A DNA stretch of 64,000 nucleotides, from the NCBI GenBank assembly GCA_951406725.2, contig OX597821.1, positions 81,158,001 to 81,222,000 of the forward strand, given 5' to 3'. The notes under the pieces were generated by a model that was given only the letters and a program-made list of their open reading frames with translations, was not told the DNA's origin and ran no database searches. Below, piece by piece: positions 40,371 through 54,842 of the stretch (positions within the stretch are counted from its first letter, which is position 1; each line of letters opens with the position of its first letter). Source of the DNA: Octopus vulgaris. Its lineage: Eukaryota. The position numbers and the translations under genes were made by a program.

Positions 40371-42710
40371 TTCTTTCGAACCTCGCCAACATCTGTGCAT
40401 TTTTTCTCCCGGTCGCCACTCATTTGTCCGTGCACCAATTCAACTGACTATTTATTTTTCGTTGATCGCAGCCTATTTGCCAGTATCGACCCACTTCATC
40501 CTCAGTACCCTGTCATCTTGACTTGGTCTGCATCAAATCAATTGACCTAAGTTTGCGACTGACTTTAACCAAAGATTACCTCCTACTGCTTCACCGCTCA
40601 ACCGCTTTCATTTTCTCATATTCGAAGCAGCAAGAAAGCTCCGTTTTGCCAACAAAGATCATTACTATTTTCCTTGGATTCAACTGTTTTACTGTTTGGT
40701 GAGTATTTCTTATCTATTAATGCTCCTGGTGGATTTAATTACTGATGCGCAAAGTAAAATTACATTACTTTTATTCAAGATGACTAGCAAGAGGCCATCA
40801 AATTGAAGTGAAGGTGGTCACATGGAAAAAAGAGTTGTAAAGGAATTATAGTGGGCATTAAACTCTATGTTTCACAAAGGTTCATGCAAAATCTTACATG
40901 GAACCAGCTGAGAACCCCTGTTTTAGACAGGTTATTCAGTGAGCTTAAATTTTTTTCTGATAATGTGTGTGTATGTCCCCAAGAGCGGATTTCCATTGAT
41001 CCAACCAAAGGATCAAGATGTGATAATTAACTTCAAGTCGGAGAATTTACAAACAAGTCACAAAAGCAATTGAGGAAAAGGAGAAACCAACAGTTTGAGC
41101 TGTCTCGGGAATGAGGCTCAACACCGAGGATGCACTCGATAATAATAGCCAAATCTACGTCTAAGAATAGTGTTTGACAAAACATAGGGATGAACTGTTT
41201 CCTACCAGCAGAAAATCTACATCAATTTCAGCAGGATATTGCAACACTGACAAATGACGTATGATTAACAAAAAGGAAGTCGTAGAAGATGATACGGTCA
41301 GTTACTAGGGTCCCATAACGAAAGTTGGTCAAAAGAGTAACTGATAATGTTAGAACGAAACCCATGCCACAGAGGAAGAAAAGGATATAAAAGTTTCTCC
41401 CAATATTCTTCAAATCACTACAAATAAATTTACTGAAGAGTTGACATATGCAGAGAAAGGTGTGTTTGCAAGTCTTTGCTGATGAAAAAATATTAATCGT
41501 GAACATAACATGAACATTTCAAGGGGAGTTCAAATGAATTTAGTTTCAACACTGGACTGCACAGAGAAATATTGCACCGTAAACATTGTTCCTGGTTACC
41601 AAATGGCTGCTTGGGAACATTTTGTTTCGCTGCTTTCGCGGATTCCCATGACTCTCTGCTGCCATCCAGTTCCATTATTATGAATTTGAATTGGGAGCTT
41701 GAGTCATAGTGAATATATCATTAGTTGATTACACAGCCATGGACGCCATCCCTAATGGATGCGTTGTAGTTATTCTTTTGATAGAGCTTGGTGACCCTGA
41801 CCGTCGATCTCCAAGGATTCTTCTGCTCAGCATCAATGCTCAATTGAGCTCTTCCGTTACCTCTTCACACTCCGCCATGCTACATTCCCATATCTTCGCC
41901 GCATCCCTGGCAGGGTGGCTGAAACGGTATTGTGCCTCTACCGAAGGGTAGCCTGTAACTATGTAGGACACGGTCGTCACTCTGTGAGGTATTTTCAAAA
42001 TAACTACTTCCCCTAAAAATTAATATTCATCGGTTGATTTGGATGAATAACTGAGCGAAACCCAACGCGGTTTCGTTGGCTCGTTTTACTGATCAGAAGC
42101 TTCTGATGTATTTATGGGTCAGTCCACATAACTTCGTAAAGAATATGGCGCCGGTTTCCAGGTTTCTATGGTATTTATGTATTCCTCCTTGGACGGTACG
42201 CCTGTCCATCGCAGGATTACTTATTTTTACCAGCTGATTGGGCAGCATGAAATGAAGTGTTTTGCTCAAGAACACAACACATCATACGGTCCAGGAATCA
42301 AAACTGCAATATAACGATCATGAGTCCAGCACCCTAACCACTAAGCTAAGCATTCGCATGTAGTGTGAATTGTCTCGGCAGCAGCTTAACAAGAACTATT
42401 GAGGGTTATCGGTTTGGGATGAAAGGTAATAGGCAATTCTTCTTGCGTGCTATCGTTGGGTATGTCTGAAATTATTAAATAACCTTTTCAAATACAGTTT
42501 TTGAAACAAGACAGGTTTCTTAGTGAACATTCAGCATCTTACTTGATTGTATTAAGCTGGAAAATTAAAAATTTTTAACCTTTCATACTTATATTAATTT
42601 TCATTAATAAATACTTAAGTAAATTAACCTGAGTTGTTATTTTACATCAGTTAAACACTTTTGAATATGAAAGTATAGTATCACTCAACTCTCAACCCAG
42701 ACCAGAATTT

Positions 42711-42932
42711 TAAACTCTTTGATATTTAAACTGACTATATCAGGCCCAAACACTCCACTGGTTTTATGATCAAACCGGCTAGATTCGGCCTCTCACACCT
42801 ACACGACAATGTCATTCTAAAAATAAACAAGCATATCCAAATCTCGAAGCTACGAGATAATGCATGATTAATTCAAAACAATGTGAATAAATAAACATTA
42901 CATCTGACAGAATAATCTGAATGCTAAAGGGT
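42711..42932. mobile_element. piggyBac-like MITE, decayed
   Basis: taaactctttgatatt ... aatgctaaagggtg, degenerate TTAACCCTTT/AAAGGGTTAA termini. Confidence 0.5.
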
Positions 42933-43012
42933 GATTCGAAACCGAATCTCTGGATACGCAGTTAGGCATCACGAGGAAACCACTATAGTTCTATGTGCTC
43001 TGTCTATTAACC

Positions 43013-43120
43013 GACCAATCAGCGTGAAGCGATGGCAGGGGAGGGCAAGTTTTCTCTAAAAGTCTAGAATTTGATTTCCGATCCCCTATAAAAACCGTTC
43101 GGCGCGCATTTTTATCAGCC
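43013..43120 (+). promoter_or_regulatory. Candidate Pol II core promoter (CCAAT box, TATA box, initiator)
   Basis: GACCAATCAG (CCAAT 43015-43019), TATAAAA 43087-43093 and TCAG initiator with A at 43117, exactly 30 nt after the first T of TATA; locally CpG-rich and non-repetitive. Confidence 0.55.
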
Positions 43121-43138
43121 GGACGACGGCTAAGACAG

Positions 43139-43210
43139 ATGGCACGGATAGAGGACAGGAATCTCCGTCACCACGAATATAGCACTATTATTTCCAGCTG
43201 TAAACTCCCA
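43139..43210 (+). CDS. Candidate first coding exon (or uORF-bearing first exon) of the SLC1 gene
   Basis: ATG 22 nt after the putative TSS, MARIEDRNLRHHEYSTIISSCKLP, then a phase-0 GTATGT donor at 43211 that is phase-compatible with the acceptor at 54842. Confidence 0.35.
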
Positions 43211-43964
43211 GTATGTAATTATCGTTGTTACCTGTAAAAGGACCAACGCAGTTTGTCTTTCTGTCGATTATAAAATCTTCTGCCAAATGGTCGCGGCTGT
43301 TTTTTCAGTCACTTATACACGCAACCCAAGAAATATATTTTCATTCAGCAACTCAACCAGCCACCACCACCACCACAGACTGGATAACAACAAACCCTAG
43401 CGACAGGGTTAAATGCTTTAGCTGCAGCCATTCGCTGGAATATCAACAATGTGTGACTTTCTGCAGAGTTAAACTACTTTCAAAACTAACAAACATTTTT
43501 AAACAAAGTTTACACGGTGGGGTTTGATCATGAAAATTAACCAAAGTCAGTTAATATTGACTTCACACGTTCATGAAATGTCTTGACGATTTTGATGATA
43601 AACAGAAAGAATTTCGTAAACCTTTATTCAAATACTTTTCATGTTAATTACGTATCAACAATTAAATGTCAGCCATTGTATGATATGCTACGAATAAAAT
43701 TATGCAGTTGACTCTTGAAATGGTATTTTCTTTTACTGAAAAAAAAAAAGAAAAGAAAAGAATGCTACATAAACTTGCGCTACATTAAGTTTTTTTCTTT
43801 CTATTCTTTTTGCACTGGATGATTTTGAATAAGTTTCCAGAGTGAAAAGAAGTTGGAGAATCAATTTGGGCTTTCTGTAAATAAAATATAAAATTTGATT
43901 ATAGTAATATGTATAATGAATTGCATTACTTTAGATAAATATAAAAAAAAATGTATCTCTTTTA

Positions 43965-44412
43965 ATCTTTTACTTGTTTCAGTCATTTGACTGTGGCCAT
44001 GCTGGAGCACCGCCTTTAGTCGAGCAAATCGACCCCAGGACTTATTCTTTGTAAGCCCAGTGCTTATTCTATCGGCCTCTTTTGCCGAACCACTAAATTA
44101 CGGGGACGTAAACACACCAGCATCGGTTATCAAGTGATGTTGGGGGGACAAACAGACACAAACATATACACGCACATACATATATATACATATACATATA
44201 TACGACGGGCTTCTTTCAGTTTCCGTCTACCAAATCCACTCACAAGGCTTTGGTCGGCCCGAGGCTATAGTAGAAGACACTTGCCCAAGGTGCCACGCAG
44301 TGGGACTGAACCCGGAACTGTGTGGTTGGTAAGTAAGCTACTTCATTTCATTAAGATTTGCCATAAAGGCATTACAAAGAGCAGCTACTTACCACACAGC
44401 CACTCCTACGCC
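43965..44412 (-). mobile_element. SINE family A, full length, with a 39-bp insertion
   Basis: Reverse match to 36270-36654; insertion 44344-44382 flanked by duplicated agctactt. Confidence 0.9.
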
Positions 44413-44945
44413 TCTAATGAAACTGAAAATAATTTGGAGTGGAAAAAGAGAAATCGTCAAAAGAAATGGAATTTTGTTCTCAGTCAAATAAGATTTGTGG
44501 AATGGAAAAGTGGACTCTTGAAATTTTGTTCTTATTTTAGATTCTAGGAGACAACGATGATTTTGAAAGAATCACTTCTTTGATTGATCCTCAGTGGTTT
44601 GACGAACAGTGGTGTAGTTAGAGTGTTTGCCATCCGGTACAGCCCTTGAGTTTGCGCCCCACTCTTTAGAAGCTTATGCGACAGACCTAAAAGTGCCGCC
44701 TCTATAAGAGCGTCATCCGGAGCAGATCCCTCCTCTCACTCTCTTAGCAACGCTACTACTGACGAAAGAAACATGTTAATGTCTCATGAATTTTAAATTT
44801 CAAAGGTATAGGTTGTTTCGAATTTAATAAAACCAATAACAATGAAAAAAAAAAAGGATTTGAAAAAACAAAAACTTCAATTAAGTACAATACTAGTAAT
44901 AAGATGCATTTTGTTTTTATGTATATTGGGATTTTAACCTTGATG

Positions 44946-45288
44946 TGTCTTGGGAGGGTCACTACATCAGTAATAATAACACGCATTGGTTTAATATCAC
45001 TTTTTTTTTATTGTTAGTCAATTGATTAAATATGTAATCAAATAACAAATCGATTGTTTGTTTAATGTGCTGGTTAAACAATCGATTGAGAGGGAAAGTC
45101 ATTGAAAAGGTCGCGATTAGCGGCGAAAGGACTTTGACCAACAAGCGACTGATTGCTTGTTTAACCATCACATTAAGCAGACGATCCATTAGTTAGCTGG
45201 TTAGATATTTAAACAATTGACAAACAATAAAGAAATAATATTGGACCAATGCGTGTATTATTATTGGTGTAATGATGCCCCCAAGACA
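44946..45288. mobile_element. Foldback MITE (partial relatives near 23700-23910 and 25995-26045)
   Basis: tgtcttgggagggtcactacatcagtaataataacacgcattggt pairs with accaatgcgtgtattattattggtgtaatgatgcccccaagaca; pairing continues inward. Confidence 0.7.
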
Positions 45289-45378
45289 AAAATTTGTTTT
45301 TCTAAAAACGAATTCACATCAAGAATCTTGCAAACCAAATCCAAAAGAAAAAAGAAACTTGATTAAAACCATTTTCAT

Positions 45379-45467
45379 TTTTGTTAACACTTTTTGTTAA
45401 CCCTTTTTTGTTAACCCTTTTTTTGTTAACCCTTTTTTGTTAACCCTTTTTTTTGTTAACCCTTTTT
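45379..45467. repeat. Minisatellite (T5-8 GTTAACCC) x6
   Basis: Direct inspection. Confidence 0.9.
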
Positions 45468-45883
45468 CAACAAATGATTTAATAAAGTACACGATCAATA
45501 ATTCTTATTCTCATACATAAAAGACAGCAAAAAAGTGAAGGCAAATGGAGATAGATACGAACACGGAATTGATATCGGTCTAGGACAGCTTTCAAACGAC
45601 TGGCATTTCCTTTCCTCTAACAATTATTAATACCTACAAAATTCAGATGAGACAAACAATGGAGTCCTGCTCTCAAGTCTGGAACAGTGCTACTGCAGTT
45701 GAACACACGAGTATTCAAGACCACATGCCGAATAAGACCAACCAAATGATTGGCACTATACATACATACATTCATACATACATACATCATACATACATAC
45801 ATACATACATACATACATACATGCATGTATGCATGCATGCATACATGCATGCATGCATACATGGATATATGTATATGTATATA

Positions 45884-47134
45884 TTGGGTTGGCAACTAAG
45901 TTCCCGCCGTTTTTAAAAATTTAAATTTAAAAAAAAATATTTTATAAATAACAACTAATTAATCAATAATGTATTCAACCTTGTTGTTTACAATTTCTTC
46001 CCAACGTTCAATAAGATTTTCAATACCTCGTTGGTAGAAATCACCCGATTCCGACTCGAAAATTGATCCAACCAAGCTCTCAGTTCTGCGTCTGTATTGA
46101 ACGAAACTTCGGGCATAGCATTTGAAAAAGATGGAAAGAGGTGGAAATCCATTGGTGCCAAATCAGCAGAGTACGGCGGGTGTGGCAGCACTTCCCAGCG
46201 ATGCGTTTGAATGTCTTCCTTGGTCATATTGGCGATATGAGGGCGGGCGTTGTCGTGCAGCAGAAGAACTCCATGCTGCCAATTAGGTCTTTTCTCTTGA
46301 ATAGTCGTGTTGAGTCGTACCATCTGTTGAATATAGAGTTCTGTGTTGACCGTTTGGTTCCATTCAAGCAATTCGTATTGGATAATCTCTTCCCAGTCCC
46401 ACCATACGCACAGCATCGTTTTACGCGGATGAAGATCTTGTTTCACGCGCGGTTGTCGCTTGTTTACCGGGACTAAGCCATCCCTTACACTGCTTCATAT
46501 TGATGTACTGGCACCATTTTTCGTCGCCAGTAACGATTCGGTAAAGAAATCGCTGCTTGTGTCCACGAGTAGAGCGGTGACGAACAAGCAAACCAGCGGA
46601 GATTGTGGCTCGTTGATTTTTGTTGTCACTTAAAGCATGCGGGATCCATGCTCCATACTTCTGAACCTTTCCCATCGAGTGAAGATGCTTTTCTATAGCA
46701 GTGTGGAAGCATTCCATTTTCTCTGCCAGTTCCCTTGTCGTTTGACGAGAACTTTCGTGCAAAAGTTGGTTTAATCGCTCTTCATCGAACTCAACTGGAC
46801 GGTCAGAAGGAGGTGCATCTTTGGGGTTAAAATTTCCATTTTTGAACTTGGCATACCAATCACGAGCGGTTCTTTCAGCTATGGCACCCTCTCCATACAC
46901 AACACAAATGTCGTGAGCAGCTTTTGCGGCCTTAGACCCTTGATTAAAAGCAAAAAGAAGGTGTCGAAAATGCTCGTTTTTCTTAACTTGACATTCTATT
47001 TTAATGATCTGAAAATAAACAAAAATTAACTAATAAAAAAAAAAGATTCCAAAATGATTCAAAAATAGAATTCTCGGAAAAAATAGATTCCTAAATTTAA
47101 AAAAAAAATGGCGAGAACTTAGTTGCCAATCCAA
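45884..47134 (-). mobile_element. Full-length mariner (DD34D) element, mellifera-subfamily-like
   Basis: TA TSDs (45882-45883, 47135-47136); TIRs ttgggttggcaactaagttcccgccgtttt / aaaatggcgagaacttagttgccaatccaa; 1251 bp. Confidence 0.95.
45959..46999 (-). pseudogene. Mariner transposase pseudogene
   Basis: Start mutated to ATA; NEHFRH..LFAFNQG, WIPHAL, IVTGDEKW, LHDNARPH, HPPYSADLAPMDFHLF and ERWEEIV...EYIID* are spread over several frames. Confidence 0.92.
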
Positions 47135-47701
47135 TACTTCGTTCCGTAACTCTTGTATTCATACATACATACATACACACACACACATACATACATACAT
47201 ACATACATACATACATACATACATACATACATACACACATACTCACATATATACATACACACGCACATATGCATAAACGCTGACACACCATGAAAATTAA
47301 TTTGGGGATTGGTAAGAAACTACAGGAAAAAAAAATATCAAGAAAGTCAGAGTAAAGTTGATGAAAAGCAAATTTAGAGAGAAACAAGTTAAAAATGAGT
47401 GTGAGAAGATTTCGGATGTTGCAACATGGACGTCTGGTCAGGTGACACTTTCGCAACAATGTTAGAAAATCCACACTCAATGTTTGTTGTGATTGACACC
47501 CCCACAACCATCGTTGTGTTGTTAGCAGGGGACACACCTCGTGTAAACAGGGTCTTATTGGCTTGTTTGATGGTGTGTGGCCGGCGGGCGGGCGGGCGGG
47601 CGGGCGGAAGAATTGTTTCTTGTGTGTCGAAGTATGTGTGTATGTGTGTGTGTGTGTGTGAGAAAGAGAGAGAGAGAGAGAGAGAGAGCGAAAGTATGTA
47701 T

Positions 47702-47734
<33 letters not shown>

Positions 47735-47849
47735 TAAGTGTGTGAGAGAGAGAGAAGGATAAGTACGTATGCGAGCAAGAAATACATTTCGGTTATTTCT
47801 TGCGGACCTGTATACTTGTGTGGTCAGCCTTCTCTCTCACTCACACCTC

Positions 47850-51510
<3,661 letters not shown>

Positions 51511-52149
51511 TCTCTCTTTGCGTATGTGTGCGTTTGAGAATAGGTGAAAAATATAATACAGTTGCTTCTTGGTGTGTGTGTGTGCATGTGTCTGCTTGTA
51601 TATGATGAGTGTGTGTGTGTGTGTGTGTGTGATAAAGAGAGAGTGTGTGTATGTGTGTGTGAGTGTGTGTATGTGAGAGAGAGAGAGAAAAAAAAGAGAG
51701 AGAGAGAGTATGTATGCGTGTGTGAATGTGTGTGATTATGAACAGGTGTAAACTCTATTGCAATTTCTCCTTAGATGCGTGTGTATGTTTCTGTGTATGT
51801 ATATATGGATGTATGTACGTTGTGGCTGTTGTTTAATCCCTGATTAGTTCTGATCTAGCAAACATAGGATCAAAGACGTTCCACCAGAGACCATCTCGTC
51901 ATTTCAAGGACTATATTATTCAAGATGTCCTTACTTTTTATCGAAGATAGTTCGGTGTTATTTAATTACGTCTTCCATCTCATGTGCGCGCGCGCGTGTA
52001 TGCATACGTGTTCAGTGTATGTATGTGTGTAGCTGTGATTTACGACGGTTAATGAGGCTGTGTACGTGTATGTGTGTGCGTATGTAGATGTTAACGGGCG
52101 TTTTTCATTTTAGGTAATTATAATATGTATAAACGATATAAGTTCGTTA

Positions 52150-53180
52150 TCTTTTGGCCAAAGATTGGCCGAAACTTAACCAACTAAACAGCATCACCTG
52201 ACAGGATCTGATAAGTCATATTTTTATGTCAAGTTTTGAGGTATCATGGTCCATTCAAGTAGAGAGTTGTTGACTGAGATGTATCCAGATATAGGTGGCT
52301 TACCTGGTACCCCTTGAAGAAATTTGTCCAGGTTTCGTTTAAAGGTGATGAGAACTGTATCTTTTCGGTTTGACCGGCAGTTTTTTGAAATAATTTCCAC
52401 GTAACTAAACACTTTTAAACTTCGTATACTGGTAGAATGTGTTTATAAAACATCTTTTTCTCTTGGCTTTATTGAGAAAATTCTATAGTTTGTAAGATAT
52501 TTGTTGTTGTTTTTCTTCAATTTCTGCAATTTCAACCAATCAATGACGTCTGTTGAGGTAAACAATATTCTGTGCCGTATGAATATGTCCCTCGTTTAAG
52601 AAACAGATTGGGTTTATTTACATTTCTGAAGAAAAAAAGATACCCTTCCCCCCACCCTAACCCTAACCCTAAAACAGATTGAAATGCAATAGATCGATAC
52701 TAGGGTCATAATTATGGGTGACAATTTCATATGACACCGCTAGAAAAAACTGCCGTTCAAACCGAAAAGATCCTGAGAACTTTTTCCTTTTTCTTCTTTG
52801 AGTTGTTTTGGAATATAATGTTAAATAGCGCAGGGCCCGTTGAGGAAATGAAATTGTGTTGCAGTAAATTTTATATGCTGTGAACCTGAATTGTGTGGGG
52901 AGCATATGGTACGTGGCCCCAGCCTTGGATGAATTCTGAATCCAGTGTTAAGGTGGTGTGAGCAAAACCGATGGTATATTCTCCACGTTGTGCAAATGAT
53001 GTAGCACTCACGGTGGCGCTGGAGAGAATAAAGAATCAAGATCAATCATATCCTTTATTTTTTCTTTTTAGCGAAAGCTCTCTTGGAGTTTGGATAATGA
53101 GATCAAACCCCGTTTTGAGGAGGTCAGTTCTTGATGTGGACCCTGGATGAGAACCACTGATCTAAGAAATCTTCCATGCA
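52150..53180 (-). mobile_element. CR1-type LINE 3' region split by a MITE
   Basis: LYSLQRHRECYIICTTWRI (LYSL.RRRERY.II..WKI) and FKRNLDKFLQGVPGKPPISGY. Confidence 0.75.
52357..52773. mobile_element. MITE with ~29-bp TIRs and 8-bp TSD (Merlin- or hAT-like)
   Basis: tgagaact duplicated at 52349-52356 and 52774-52781; g(t)atcttttcggtttgaccggcagttttt / aaaaactgccgttcaaaccgaaaagatcc. Confidence 0.85.
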
Positions 53181-53224
53181 TGACCATTCCAACAATTTTT
53201 CTTTTAAAGAGCTCATTATCTATC

Positions 53225-53458
53225 TGTTTCTTTACTGCCCACAAGGGGCTAAACACAGAGGGGACAAACAAGGACAGACAAATGAATTAAGTCGATTACA
53301 TCGATCCCAGTGCGTAACTGGTACTTAATTTATCGATCCCGAAAGGATGAAAGGCAAAGTCGACCTCAGCGGAATTTGAACTCGGAACGTAACGGCAGAC
53401 GAAATACTGCTTAGCATTTCGTCCGGCGTGCTAACGTTTCTGCCAGCTCGCCGCCTTC
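53225..53458 (-). mobile_element. SINE family B (MetaSINE-like), full length
   Basis: Reverse of ggcggcgagctggcagaaacgttagc...gagttcaaattcc...gcctttcatcctttcgggatcgataaattaagtaccag; other copies near 39600-39790, 56998-57140 and 63940-64000. Confidence 0.85.
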
Positions 53459-54098
53459 AGAGCTAATTATCTATCGTCTCCCTTCTCCTACAAGACCGTT
53501 CGGTTTGATACAAGGGAGATTTAGCTGCTAGTTGCAGTGGGTCAATGACCCCGTAGAGACTCTCTCACTGACTCGATTATGTTAATAATATATAAAGTTG
53601 GTGATAGTGGTGGTGGTGGTGGTGGTGGTGGGTGTAGTGGCGGTAGCAGTAGCTGGTGGCGGCGGCGGTGGTGGTGGTGGTGGTGATGATGATGGTAATG
53701 GTGGTGGTGACAGTGGTGCTGGTTGTAGTAATGTCTTCGTTGTTTGGTTGCAGGTCAACCCTGGTTGAACAGATCTGTGATCAAAGGCGTTCCAACTGTG
53801 ACTATCCCAACAACGGTAGCAGTGATGTTTATAAAGTGACTGCTATAATAGGGATGTAAATGGTTACGACTGAGGTGATGGTGTATTGATGATAGGGATT
53901 GTAGCGGTGGTGGTAGTGGTGGTCATGGTGGTGGTGGTGGTGGTGGTGGTCATGGTTATGGTGACGTCAAGTACAGAATTAAATGTAATGCGGAGAAGGA
54001 AGGTGTTTGTGTGTTTGTAGTAAAGAAAAGGTGTTTGAATGGTGTTAGATAAACTATTGAAGACATTTGGAGCCGTTAACATTATATGAACGTGCCTT

Positions 54099-54099
<1 letters not shown>

Positions 54100-54150
<51 letters not shown>

Positions 54151-54231
54151 CGTGTGTGCGTATGTGTGTGTTTGTATGTATCTAGGTACATGTATTTGTC
54201 TGCGTGTTTGAGTGTGTATATAGTATGTGTG

Positions 54232-54270
<39 letters not shown>

Positions 54271-54389
54271 GTATATACACATGTATACATATATATATAC
54301 ATATATATACATATATATATATGTATATATATATATATGTATATATATATATGTATATATATACACATATACATATATATATACATATG

Positions 54390-54425
<36 letters not shown>

Positions 54426-54481
54426 CATATGTATGTATATATATATATATATATATATATAAGTATATATGTATAGATGTA

Positions 54482-54526
<45 letters not shown>

Positions 54527-54660
54527 GTATATATATATATGTATGTATATATATGCGCACATACACACACACGCCCGCACACACATGCATACACTCAGGT
54601 ACATGTATACAGGCCCGTAGATAAATATGCACACCAAGATATATACACATACACACATAT
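54100..54660. repeat. (TG)n/(TA)n microsatellite block
   Basis: Direct inspection. Confidence 0.95.
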
Positions 54661-54842
54661 TCTGGTGCGCGCGTGTTAATAGAGAGAGAGAAAGAGAGTA
54701 AGCGAGAGAAAGAGGAGGAGGAAAGAGAGAAAGAGAGTATGTGTGAATAAGAGTGGTACGGGAGAGGGAGAGAGAGACTGAAAGAAAAAGAGAGAGGTAG
54801 GGAGAATGTTGCCAAACAGTATTTCTCCTCTTTTTCTCTTAG

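Noticed and set aside
40980-41950. Unique-looking sequence with short ORFs
   Set aside because: Possibly very old LINE debris, but no motif was clear enough to call.
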